39,670 bases of DNA, taken from the NCBI GenBank assembly GCA_964355045.1, contig CAYHCM010000004.1, positions 16,474-56,143 on the forward strand, in the 5' to 3' direction. Below the pieces are notes generated by a model. It searched no databases and was not told where the DNA came from. It saw nothing but the letters and a program-made list of their open reading frames with translations. The position numbers and the translations under genes are program-made. This DNA comes from an uncultured Chitinophaga sp. (GTDB lineage: Bacteria > Bacteroidota > Bacteroidia > NS11-12g > UBA9320). Positions 1-8,793 of this stretch are shown in pieces (the stretch's first letter is position 1; each line of letters opens with the position of its first letter).

Positions 1-725
1 ATTTGAAGATTTGAAAAGGCAGAATCTTAATAACTGGCAGAATGCAGTCCCCCTTGTGAAATGGACTTGTGAAAAGGCGAAGGGGGTAGGGGGATGAATA
101 AGAATTTACGATTTTAGATTTACGATTTACGATTTGGAAAGAAGGCGATTTGAAGATTTGAAAAGGCAGAATCTTAATAACTGGCAGAATGCAGTCCCCC
201 TTGTGAAATGGACTTGTGAAAAGGCGAAGGGGGTAGGGGGATGAATAAGAATTTACGATTTTAGATTTACGATTTACGATTTGGAAAGAAGGCGATTTGA
301 AGATTTGAAAAGGCAGAATCTTAATAACTGGCAGAATGCAGTCCCCCTTGTGAAATGGACTTGTGAAAAGGCGAAGGGGGTAGGGGGATGAATAAGAATT
401 TACGATTTTAGATTTACGATTTACGATTTGGAAAGAAGGCGATTTGAAGATTTGAAAAGGCAGAATCTTAATAACTGGCAGAATGCAGTCCCCCTTGTGA
501 AATGGACTTGTGAAAAGGCGAAGGGGGTAGGGGGATGAATAAGAATTTACGATTTTAGATTTACGATTTACGATTTGGAAAGAAGGCGATTTGAAGATTT
601 GAAAAGGCAGAATCTTAATAACTGGCAGAATGCAGTCCCCCTTGTGAAATGGCCTTGTGAATTGGAGAAGGGGGTAGGGGGATGTTACGATTTTAGATTT
701 ATCATTTACAATTTGAAAACGATTT
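1..725. repeat. Tandem array of 147-bp units (4 identical + 1 degenerate), truncated by the window edge
   Basis: ATTTGAAGATTTGAAAAGGCAG... recurs at 1, 148, 295, 442 and 589. The fifth copy diverges from 653 and decays by ~725. No long ORF. Confidence 0.97.
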
Positions 726-773
726 ATGGCAAAGTAATCCTCCTTTTGAAATATCCTTGTTAACAGACGAATC

Positions 774-808
774 AACATAGAACTCAGAACAAAGAACTTA
801 GAACTTTT
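774..808. repeat. Heptamer tract AACnnAG x5
   Basis: AACATAG AACTCAG AACAAAG AACTTAG AACTTTT, abutting the stop codon at 808. Confidence 0.8.
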
Positions 809-1098
809 TACCATATAAACATATAAACGATAAACAACCCGTAAAATATGGTAGCCATCAATATTCCTTTGGGAAGAAGGGTGAACCCCGTATTAAAGGT
901 TAACAGAAATATGGCGAGATTGCCAATTAATCCAATCCTTAAAAAGGCGGATAACAAACGATTTTTAAATAATTTAAAAACAAACTCAAAAAAAGAGTCC
1001 GCAATATTTCCCTCTATATACAATGCCAAAATAACTAAAATTGGAATTAATGTTCCAATAATTGCGCCAATCCAAAGTTTTTCAAATTTTGCTTTCAA
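808..1098 (-). CDS. Small hypothetical membrane protein (~3 TM)
   Basis: 96-aa hydrophobic ORF; its TTG start overlaps the surE stop (TTGA). Confidence 0.8.
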   Translation of the reverse strand: MKAKFEKLWIGAIIGTLIPILVILALYIEGNIADSFFEFVFKLFKNRLLSAFLRIGLIGNLAIFLLTFNTGFTLLPKGILMATIFYGLFIVYMFIW

Positions 1099-1859
1099 AA
1101 GTTCCAGGTATTAAGGGTGGCTATGGCATGATGAGCAGTTAAATCAAACTGGGTTGGAACCACGGAAACAAATCCGTTGGCAAGCGCCCATTCATCTGTA
1201 TCTTCGCCGTGGTCGGTATTCACAAATTTTCCGGTAAGCCAGTAATACTTTCGTTGGTGTGGGTCGGTGCGTTCATCAAATTCTTCTACCCATTTGGCTT
1301 TGGCCTGACGGCAAATTTTTAATCCTTTTATTTCAGCCACGCCAAGTTGAGGAATATTTACATTTAATAAAGTTCCAATGGGTAAACCTTTTAACAATAC
1401 CTGCGATGCAATAAGTTTTGCAAAATGGGAAGCTGCCGTAAAATCAGCATCAAACTTATAATCATTCAACGAAAAGCCTATGGCATTTATGCCTTCAATA
1501 GCCCCTTCTACCGCAGCGCTAATGGTTCCGCTGTATATTACATTGATGGAAGAATTGGAACCATGATTAATTCCTGAAACCAACAAATCAGGCCGACGGT
1601 GCATTACTTTATCCACAGCCAGTTTTACACAATCGGCCGGTGTGCCGCTACATTGGTATGCTTCAACATCTTCAAACAAATGAACTTTTTCCATCCTGAG
1701 CGGTTGGTTCATGGTAATGGCATGACCCATTCCGCTTTGAGGGCTATCGGGAGCTACCACTATTACCCGCCCCAACGATTTCATACTGGCAATAAGGGCA
1801 GCAATTCCGGGGGCAGTAATGCCATCGTCGTTGCTGATGAGTATGAGAGGCTGATCCAT
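1095..1859 (-). CDS. surE: 5'/3'-nucleotidase SurE
   Basis: Motifs ISNDDG, GTPADCV, SGINHGSN, YSGT. Confidence 0.97.
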   Translation of the reverse strand: MDQPLILISNDDGITAPGIAALIASMKSLGRVIVVAPDSPQSGMGHAITMNQPLRMEKVHLFEDVEAYQCSGTPADCVKLAVDKVMHRRPDLLVSGINHGSNSSINVIYSGTISAAVEGAIEGINAIGFSLNDYKFDADFTAASHFAKLIASQVLLKGLPIGTLLNVNIPQLGVAEIKGLKICRQAKAKWVEEFDERTDPHQRKYYWLTGKFVNTDHGEDTDEWALANGFVSVVPTQFDLTAHHAIATLNTWNF

Positions 1860-1891
1860 TTTAGATTTTAGATTTATGATTTTAGATTTAT
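1857..1891. repeat. Heptamer tract (TAAAATC/ATAAATC)x5 on the minus strand, ending in the surE ATG
   Basis: Plus strand reads CATTTTA GATTTTA GATTTAT GATTTTA GATTTAT. Confidence 0.8.
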
Positions 1892-1938
1892 TATAGAAAT
1901 TAAAACAAAATCAAAAACGATTTTATATTTAAAGGCAG

Positions 1939-1946
1939 CAAAGATA
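1939..1946 (-). promoter_or_regulatory. Bacteroidota -7 promoter element (TATCTTTG) for surE
   Basis: Matches TAnnTTTG followed by C, just downstream of the secG terminator. Confidence 0.7.
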
Positions 1947-1958
1947 ATTTTTAATAAC

Positions 1959-1982
1959 AAAAAAGCCCCGCCGAAGCGAGGC
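1959..1982 (-). terminator. Intrinsic terminator after secG
   Basis: Minus strand GCCTCGC-TTCG-GCGGGGC-TTTTTT (cUUCGg tetraloop, U-tract). Confidence 0.88.
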
Positions 1983-2013
1983 ACATTAAAATAAATTTCT
2001 ATTTGTTGAATTA

Positions 2014-2343
2014 TTATTCGGCTGGTGGCTGTTGTGCTCCTGAAGGAGCAGGCAATGCTGAACCAGGAGTAGCTTCTTCAATTTTATTTTTCATTAAGGA
2101 TTCCTTGCCTGAATCGCTTGTACGATTTATAAAGAATGGACCGCTCATGGAAAGAACCAATAGGGCACCGGCCAATATCCAGGTAATTTTTTCAACTCCT
2201 TCAGTCGTTTTATTGACACCCAAAATTTGGTTGGCAGCCGAAAAATTGGCAGCCAATCCTCCACCCTTAGGGTTTTGTATCAATACTATTGCTATCAAAA
2301 GGATACATGCAATGATGGCGAGCCAGGTTATTAAGGTAAACAT
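2014..2343 (-). CDS. secG: Preprotein translocase subunit SecG
   Basis: VLIQNPKGGGL motif, two TM segments, VEKITW. Confidence 0.95.
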   Translation of the reverse strand: MFTLITWLAIIACILLIAIVLIQNPKGGGLAANFSAANQILGVNKTTEGVEKITWILAGALLVLSMSGPFFINRTSDSGKESLMKNKIEEATPGSALPAPSGAQQPPAE

Positions 2344-2354
2344 ATTTTTATTTT

Positions 2355-4709
2355 TTATAATTGATTAATGAGTTCTTCTTTAATGGAAAATATTCGGGCT
2401 GCAAAATTGTCTTTTTTATCCGGATTTTGCAACATTAATTTTTCATAGATTTCGAGTGATTTATGTAAATGCCCCTGCTTGTAAAAAAGGTTTGCCAACG
2501 TTTCACTTGCCACTTCGCCATGAAATTCTTCACTTTTACGGGCCATGTTTTCAGGTTTGTAAAATTCAGTTTTGGTTCTTGATATACTTGGATTTTTTTT
2601 GATAAACCGGTCTAAGAGGTCATCAATGGCTAATTTTGAGCTTGCTTTAGTCTGAGATATTTTTTGATCATTATCATCAGGATGCTTTACAAAGGCTTGT
2701 ATTTCATAAGCAATTTCAGCCCAGGCTGCCGGGTCGTAATCGGGTTCGTGTTCACCGATATCTTCATCAAAATTTAAAGGAATATACTCAGGGGCATTTT
2801 CATTAGCCGGCTCTGAAAGTATAATTTCAATTTCTTCATTATTTGTTTCACTATTTGTTTCCTGTACAGTTTCAGTTTTTAATTCATAAGGTTCTGTTTC
2901 AATATCAATCTCATTTGAGAAATTATCGAGCCAACTGTTAAAATCCTTTACATTATCTTCACTATCTGAAGTCAATGCAGGTGTTTCAGGTTTTTCGATT
3001 TCGGGTGATTCTCCGGTAATTTCAGTTTGGATTTCCGGAACATCTAAATCTTCAATTGTTTCAACTTCGTCACTAATTTCGGATCCTTCAATGGCTTCCT
3101 GTGTGATAACTTCGTCAGAAGGTAAAATAATATTGTCGCCAATTTCTTGCTTAGTTTCCGGTTCTTCACCAATTTCTACCGGCTTTTCGTCGGTAATTAC
3201 TTCCGCTTTGGTTTCTGAAATTTCTTCAATCGTTTCTTCTGTCGCAATTGGTAAAATATCATTTATTTCAGCAATTTCTTCGATTGCTTTATCGGGTATT
3301 TCAGGAACACTTGAATCCTCAGTTGTTTCAACTTCATCACTAATTACGGGTTCTTCAACGATTTCCTCCTTTCTGATTTCTTCCTCAAGTAAAGTTATTT
3401 CATCGTCAATTACTTGCTGAGTTTCCGGTTCTTCACCAATTTCTATAGGCTTTTTGTCGACAATTGCCTTCGGTTTGGTTTCTGAAATTTCTTCAATTAT
3501 TTCTTCTGCAGCAATTGGTAAAATATCATTTATTTCAGCAATTTCTTCGATTGCTTTATCGGGTATTTCAGGAACACTTGAATCCTCAGTTGTTTCAACT
3601 TCATCACTAATTACGGGTTCTTCAATGATTTCCTGTTTGCTGATTTCTTCAGTAAGTAAAGTTATTTCATCGCCAATTTCTTGCTGAGTTTCCTGTTCTT
3701 CACTAATTACTTCCTGCTTTCCGTCGGTAATTGCTTCCGGTTTGGTTTCTGAAATTTCTTCAATCGTTTCTTCTGTCGCAATTGGTAAAATATCATTTAT
3801 TTCAGCAATTTCTTCGATTGCTTTATCGGGTATTTCTGGAACACTTGAATCCTCAGTTGTTTCAACTTCATCACTTATTACGGGTTTTTCAAGGATTTCC
3901 TCTTTATTGATTTCTTCTTCAAGTAAAGTTATCTCATCGCCAATTTCTTGCTGAGTTTCCTGTTCTTCACTAATTTCTACAGGCTTTTCGTCGGTAATTG
4001 CTTCCGGTTTGGTTTCTGAAATTTCTTCAATTATTTCTTCTGCGGAAATTGGTAAAATATCTTTTATTTCAGCAATTTCTTCGATTGCTTTATCGGGTAT
4101 TTCAGGAATTAAAGTTTTGTCAACTTCGGGGGTAATTTCAATTGTTGGTGGCACTTTGGGTTTAACAACAACTTCAAATATTGAATTTTTACGGGAAACA
4201 GATTCATTGGATTCGGTTGGTTCTTCAATTTCTTCTTTGGCTTCATGGTTTTTATCCGAACTAATCGTAAGCACCTGAGATACCTCTGGAATTATTTCCG
4301 AAAGATCTGTATGTGTTTTGTCATCACTTCCTGCTTGTTCACTAATTTCTTCAATACTTGCCAGTACAAGGGATTCAATTTGTTCATTAATTGGTTCAGG
4401 TATTTTTTCACTAATTTCAATACTGTGTTCAGATACTTCGTCAATTTTTATTTCTGATTTTAGCTCCGGTTCATAATTCATAAAATCATAAAGAACCTGT
4501 CGGTCGCCGGCATACAGGGAGGCTAATTTCAGGTTTTTGTTAAATCCAAAAGTTCCCTGGTTTTTATGGCATTTGGCTACAAGTATATGGAGAGCTTGAA
4601 AATAAGGATATTTTTCGCGTAAAACCTCTAAGTCATCCGCATCATGACGACCAAGCTGAGTTGAATTGGCGATATATTCCTGAATGTTTTCCACTATGTT
4701 TTTTACCAA
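2355..4709 (-). CDS. Conserved Bacteroidota protein with C-terminal TPR-like helix and a long acidic repeat linker
   Basis: N-terminal KYPYFQ...YAGDRQVLY and C-terminal SETLANLFYKQG...NPDKK motifs; lies between lptE and secG. Confidence 0.85.
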   Translation of the reverse strand: MVKNIVENIQEYIANSTQLGRHDADDLEVLREKYPYFQALHILVAKCHKNQGTFGFNKNLKLASLYAGDRQVLYDFMNYEPELKSEIKIDEVSEHSIEISEKIPEPINEQIESLVLASIEEISEQAGSDDKTHTDLSEIIPEVSQVLTISSDKNHEAKEEIEEPTESNESVSRKNSIFEVVVKPKVPPTIEITPEVDKTLIPEIPDKAIEEIAEIKDILPISAEEIIEEISETKPEAITDEKPVEISEEQETQQEIGDEITLLEEEINKEEILEKPVISDEVETTEDSSVPEIPDKAIEEIAEINDILPIATEETIEEISETKPEAITDGKQEVISEEQETQQEIGDEITLLTEEISKQEIIEEPVISDEVETTEDSSVPEIPDKAIEEIAEINDILPIAAEEIIEEISETKPKAIVDKKPIEIGEEPETQQVIDDEITLLEEEIRKEEIVEEPVISDEVETTEDSSVPEIPDKAIEEIAEINDILPIATEETIEEISETKAEVITDEKPVEIGEEPETKQEIGDNIILPSDEVITQEAIEGSEISDEVETIEDLDVPEIQTEITGESPEIEKPETPALTSDSEDNVKDFNSWLDNFSNEIDIETEPYELKTETVQETNSETNNEEIEIILSEPANENAPEYIPLNFDEDIGEHEPDYDPAAWAEIAYEIQAFVKHPDDNDQKISQTKASSKLAIDDLLDRFIKKNPSISRTKTEFYKPENMARKSEEFHGEVASETLANLFYKQGHLHKSLEIYEKLMLQNPDKKDNFAARIFSIKEELINQL
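3039..4106 (-). repeat. Four in-frame 267-bp (89-aa) coding tandem repeats
   Basis: PEIPDKAIEEIAEI... units start at 4106, 3839, 3572 and 3305. Confidence 0.95.
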
Positions 4710-5218
4710 TTTACGGCTGCCTTATTAAATATTTCCTGAACTAATTGATCGGTAATTTCGGCTACCAGATTATTTTCAAGGGATGAGAAATTTTTGGAAG
4801 CATCAAAATCCTGAAAACTTTTAAATTCCTGTTCAAAATTCAGGTCAGGATGTTTGATACATTCAAATTTAATGGTGACAGAAACAGACAAACGATTTTG
4901 CGTGGTATTTGCATCACCCTGAACCGCAATAGGAGCAATGGTATAGGTTGTAATGTACCCGCTAAAATTAAAATCACCGTTTTCACGGATAAAATTTAGT
5001 CGTGTATTATTCATCTTATCCTTCAATTTTTCGGTAAGGGTTTGGCTAAGTTTTGGATTAACGGTAGCCGCCTTATTTTCAATAAAACCAACCGAATACG
5101 TATTGGCATCGGGTGGGATAGAGGTTCCCTGAAATCGGTAACAGCCGCCAAAAGCAATTGCCACCATAATTAAAAGGGCAAAATAAATGAACGATTTATT
5201 AATACTAATTTTATTCAA
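4703..5218 (-). CDS. lptE: LptE-family lipoprotein (likely TTG start at 5218)
   Basis: Signal peptide with lipobox AFGGC; NRLSVSVTIKF...IFNKAAVNW C-terminus typical of Bacteroidota LptE; conserved gene context. Confidence 0.75.
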   Translation of the reverse strand: MNKISINKSFIYFALLIMVAIAFGGCYRFQGTSIPPDANTYSVGFIENKAATVNPKLSQTLTEKLKDKMNNTRLNFIRENGDFNFSGYITTYTIAPIAVQGDANTTQNRLSVSVTIKFECIKHPDLNFEQEFKSFQDFDASKNFSSLENNLVAEITDQLVQEIFNKAAVNW

Positions 5219-6470
5219 GACCAAATTCTTTAATTTTTCTATACAAGGTTCGTTCCGAAATTCCAAGTTCGTTGGCTGCCCTTTTGCGTTTACCATTATT
5301 TTTTAATAATGCCTTTTTTATCATTTCTTCTTCTTTTGCGTCCAAACTGAGATTTTCATCCGTATTTACTGTATCCGACGGTTCAATATGATAATCGTGG
5401 GTTGGAGATTCATTTTTGTAAAATGGGACTTGGTTGGGCCGAATAACCAAATCTGTCGAGGTTCCAAAACCTTTATCTTCATTTACCGGCAAAATTCGGG
5501 TAAGGGCAGCTTTGTTGGTTTCAACAAATTCAGGATTATGCAATTGCTGATTTTCCAATATTCCCAAAACTATTCCTTTCAAATCATGCATATCGCGTTT
5601 CAAATCATACAAAACTTTATAAAATATTTCACGTTCATTTAATCCTTCCTGCCTGCTTTCGGGTGTTAGCATTAATTGTTGGGACGTATTTTCTTTTGGA
5701 ATATATTTCAATAATGTAGTTTCATTTATCACTCTGTCCTGCTCCAATACCGACATTTGTTCTACAATATTTTTCAATTGCCTTATGTTTCCCGGCCAGC
5801 GGTAACCGGTCAAAATTGTTTCGGCATCGGGTGTAAGTTCCAAATCACGAATATGATATTTTTCAGCAAAATCAACCGCGAATTTTTTAAATAAAACAGG
5901 AATATCAGAGGGTCTTTCGCGCAATGCCGGAACATTTATGGGCAAGGTAGAAAGACGATAATACAAGTCTTCCCTAAATTTTCCTTTATAACTCAAGGCC
6001 AATAAATCTTTATTGGAAGCGGTAACCACCCTCACATCGGTTTTTAAAACTTTGGAAGCACCTACTCTGATAAATTCGCCGTTTTCCAAAATTCGCAACA
6101 AACGCGCCTGAGTTTCAAAAGGAAGTTCACCAACTTCATCCAAAAAAATAGTACCGCCGTTAACGGTTTCAAAATATCCTTTTCTACCCTCATTAGCGCC
6201 TGTAAACGAACCTTTCTCATGCCCGAAAAGTTCTGAATTAATAGTTCCTTCGGGAATTGCCCCGCAGTTTATTGAAATAAACGGGCCGTGTTTCCGGTTG
6301 CTTAAATGATGAATGATTTTGGAAAAAGATTCTTTACCTACACCACTTTCTCCCTGAATTAAAACGGATATATCCGTAGGAGCCACTTTCATGGCCGTTT
6401 CCAGAGCATAATTTATCCTTGGCGAATTTCCGGTTATCCCGAATCTTAGTTTTACTGATTGAAGTTCCAT
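5211..6470 (-). CDS. Sigma-54-interacting AAA+ Fis-family regulator (no receiver domain)
   Basis: Walker A GESGVGKE, GSFTGA, Walker B FLDE, WPGNIRQL, C-terminal HTH ELGISERTLYRK; ATG at 6470. Confidence 0.93.
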   Translation of the reverse strand: MELQSVKLRFGITGNSPRINYALETAMKVAPTDISVLIQGESGVGKESFSKIIHHLSNRKHGPFISINCGAIPEGTINSELFGHEKGSFTGANEGRKGYFETVNGGTIFLDEVGELPFETQARLLRILENGEFIRVGASKVLKTDVRVVTASNKDLLALSYKGKFREDLYYRLSTLPINVPALRERPSDIPVLFKKFAVDFAEKYHIRDLELTPDAETILTGYRWPGNIRQLKNIVEQMSVLEQDRVINETTLLKYIPKENTSQQLMLTPESRQEGLNEREIFYKVLYDLKRDMHDLKGIVLGILENQQLHNPEFVETNKAALTRILPVNEDKGFGTSTDLVIRPNQVPFYKNESPTHDYHIEPSDTVNTDENLSLDAKEEEMIKKALLKNNGKRKRAANELGISERTLYRKIKEFGLE

Positions 6471-6483
6471 TTTTTTAATAAAT

Positions 6484-6649
6484 ATAAACACGGAGACACA
6501 GAGAAACGGAGTTTCACAGAGTCTTTTAATTTTTTTATAGGTTATTATTTTTCACTATTTTTTTTCTCTTCTCAATATTTCTCCTCTGTGTTTCTTTGTG
6601 TTATCCTTTTCTCAGTGTTTCTCTATGTTCTCCGTGTCTCCGTGTTTAT
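6484..6649. repeat. Fold-back (MITE-like) element with 22-bp terminal inverted repeats built from CAC(A/G)GAGA units
   Basis: 6484-6505 ATAAACACGGAGACACAGAGAA matches the reverse complement of 6628-6649 at 21/22. Confidence 0.85.
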
Positions 6650-8077
6650 TTAAGGTTTCTCCACTTCCTCAACCACCCTCCCAATTAAACTGGTAGTCGA
6701 ACTTCTCTCAATCAACACATCCACATAATCACCCGGTTTATAATTTTCTTTTGGAAATATTACCACTATATTTTCATCACTTCTTCCCCGTAAATCTTTA
6801 TCGCTTTTTTTGGAAACTCCTTCTATCAAAACCCTGAATATTTTTCCTTCCCTTTCTTTATTATTTTGTTTCGAAACCTCATTTTGCATGGCAATTATTT
6901 CCTGAAGTCTTCTGCTTTTTACAGCTTCGGGTACATCATCCTCATATTTTCGGGCGGCTAATGTTCCCGGTCGTTCGCTGTAATTATACATATAAGAAAA
7001 ATCGAACATTAATAATTCAATTAAGGATAAAGTTTCCTGATGATCGTCCTCGGTTTCGGTACAAAACCCTGAAATAATATCGCATGAAATACCGCAACCG
7101 GGCATTATTTTTCTAATTCTATTCACTTTTTCAATATACCATTCACGAGTGTAACCCCGATTCATCAATTCCAATATTCTTGAATTTCCACTTTGGGCCG
7201 GAAGATGTACATATTTGCAAATATTGGGATATTTGGCCATGGTAAATAATACGTCATCGGTAATGTCTTTTGGATGCGACGTACTGAATCTTATTCGAAT
7301 TGTATGGTCAACAAGAGCCACCAATTCTAATAGCTTCGCAAAATTTATACTTTGATTCTGTTCTTCTACTGTAAGATTTCCAAATTCTTTTTTAGGCCCG
7401 CCGCCAAACCAAAGGTAGCTGTCCACATTTTGCCCCAAAAGTGTTACTTCCTTATATCCTAAATCTGATAATTCCTTTACTTCATTAATTATACTTTGGG
7501 CATCGCGGCTTCTTTCTCTGCCACGGGTAAAAGGTACAACACAAAACGTACACATATTATCGCAACCGCGCATAATGCTTACAAACGCCGTAACCCCATT
7601 GCTGTTCAATCGGGTTGGACTTATTTCGGCATAGGTTTCTTCCAGCGACAGCATTACATTGATAGATTTATTGCCGTCTTCCACTTCGTTCAGAAGTTTT
7701 GGTAAATCACGATAGGAGTCAGGCCCGGCCACCACATCTACTAATTTTTCTTCTTCCAGCAGGTTTTTCTTCAACCTTTCGGCCATGCAACCTAATATGC
7801 CTATGACCAATTCATTGTTTCGTTTTTTGTTTGCCCTTAAATGTATAAGGCGGTGTCGAATACGTTGCTCGGCATTATCGCGTATGCTGCAGGTATTTAT
7901 TAATATTACATCAGCATCATTTTCATTGTTGGTAGAAGTATAACCATTTTCTAAAAGAATGGAGGCGACAACTTCGCTATCCGCAAAATTCATGGCACAC
8001 CCGTAACTTTCAATATACAGGTTTTTGGTTTTGGGCTTAATGCTGTTTATAGTTTTTTCCAGTAGTTCAGTTTCCAT
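6650..8077 (-). CDS. miaB: tRNA-2-methylthio-N6-dimethylallyladenosine synthase MiaB
   Basis: UPF0004 cysteines (YGCAMN, NTCSIR, LGCMA), radical SAM motif CDNMCTFC, C-terminal TRAM domain; ATG at 8077. Confidence 0.97.
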   Translation of the reverse strand: METELLEKTINSIKPKTKNLYIESYGCAMNFADSEVVASILLENGYTSTNNENDADVILINTCSIRDNAEQRIRHRLIHLRANKKRNNELVIGILGCMAERLKKNLLEEEKLVDVVAGPDSYRDLPKLLNEVEDGNKSINVMLSLEETYAEISPTRLNSNGVTAFVSIMRGCDNMCTFCVVPFTRGRERSRDAQSIINEVKELSDLGYKEVTLLGQNVDSYLWFGGGPKKEFGNLTVEEQNQSINFAKLLELVALVDHTIRIRFSTSHPKDITDDVLFTMAKYPNICKYVHLPAQSGNSRILELMNRGYTREWYIEKVNRIRKIMPGCGISCDIISGFCTETEDDHQETLSLIELLMFDFSYMYNYSERPGTLAARKYEDDVPEAVKSRRLQEIIAMQNEVSKQNNKEREGKIFRVLIEGVSKKSDKDLRGRSDENIVVIFPKENYKPGDYVDVLIERSSTTSLIGRVVEEVEKP

Positions 8078-8088
8078 GCTAAAGGCAG

Positions 8089-8096
8089 CAAAGATA
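8089..8096 (-). promoter_or_regulatory. -7 promoter element (TATCTTTG) for the miaB operon
   Basis: TAnnTTTG ending 11 nt before the ATG. Confidence 0.7.
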
Positions 8097-8140
8097 AATA
8101 TTATTGGTGACAAAAAGTCACGGGTTTATCGGAAGATAGG

Positions 8141-8230
8141 TTTCACGCAAAGGCGCAAAGACGCTAAGTTTATCATGAAATATGACGGGCAAGGTTATTT
8201 TTCTTTGCGCCTTTGCGCCTTTGCGTGAAA
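8141..8230. repeat. 90-bp fold-back element with 28-bp inverted arms built from GCGCAAAG octamers
   Basis: 8141-8168 matches the reverse complement of 8203-8230 at 26/28. Confidence 0.9.
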
Positions 8231-8238
8231 TTACGCAC

Positions 8239-8246
8239 TAAATTTG
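8239..8246 (+). promoter_or_regulatory. -7 promoter element (TAAATTTG)
   Basis: TAnnTTTGC just upstream of the ORF at 8259/8262. Confidence 0.65.
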
Positions 8247-8261
8247 CGCTCTTATTAATTG

Positions 8262-8693
8262 ATGTCGGATTTTTTTGAGATAGCGGGATGGATACTACTT
8301 TCCTCTGTTAAATATATTATTGCCATACTTACCCTTTTAGCCAAGTCGCCGCGCTTATGGTTTTTAGATATGCTGATTGTAGCCATTGGCGGAAGTTTGG
8401 GAGTAATAGTTTTTACTTTTTTAGGAGCGGTTATTTCTAAATTTTTAGGTCAATACGATTTTTTTAAAATTAAATTTAAAAATTTAAGGCGGTTTATACT
8501 CATAAAAAATGGCTATGGTTTAATAGGCATTGCGTTTTTATCTCCATTAATATTAGGCATTCCCTTAGGGAGCATTATCAGTACATTATTTGAACCAGAT
8601 AAAGCGAAAGTATTAAGACTGCAATTGACTTCCGTAATATTTTGGAGTGTTTTATTATTTGGAGTTAAGGGCTTAATCCAGTATTTGAATTGA
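8262..8693 (+). CDS. Hypothetical membrane protein (small multidrug-export-like)
   Basis: Hydrophobic ORF with YGLIGIAFLSPLILGIPLG motif. Confidence 0.75.
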   Translation: MSDFFEIAGWILLSSVKYIIAILTLLAKSPRLWFLDMLIVAIGGSLGVIVFTFLGAVISKFLGQYDFFKIKFKNLRRFILIKNGYGLIGIAFLSPLILGIPLGSIISTLFEPDKAKVLRLQLTSVIFWSVLLFGVKGLIQYLN

Positions 8694-8793
8694 GCTAAAT
8701 AAATTATTAAAAATAGCCGGCTTCATTTATTAATTTGCGTTCCAAATCAAAACTCACATGAGGTTATTGAAACAGCCTAATGCCATATATAAA

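Noticed and set aside
1-725. CRISPR or TIGR-like guide array
   Set aside because: Units are identical over their full 147 bp with no variable spacers, and no cas or tas-like gene is in the window.
729-737. Leftward promoter firing into the array (TTACTTTGC on minus)
   Set aside because: It lacks the conserved A at position 2 of TAnnTTTG, so it is too weak to call.
1-763. Coding repeat (147 = 49 codons), including ORF 575-763; also the match to nucleosome length
   Set aside because: The frame stops (TGA) in every intact unit, and the 62-aa ORF exists only because the last unit is degenerate. The nucleosome-length match is treated as coincidence.
3091-4278. Repeated Ser/Ile-rich plus-strand ORFs
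   Set aside because: They are antisense shadows of the Glu-rich coding repeat.
5211-6470. Receiver-less sigma-54 activator as a novelty
   Set aside because: This gene and its miaB/lptE/secG context are commonly seen in Bacteroidota.
6459-8228. Small ORFs 6459-6653 and 8025-8228
   Set aside because: They are translations of the fold-back repeats, low in complexity, and overlap real genes on the opposite strand.
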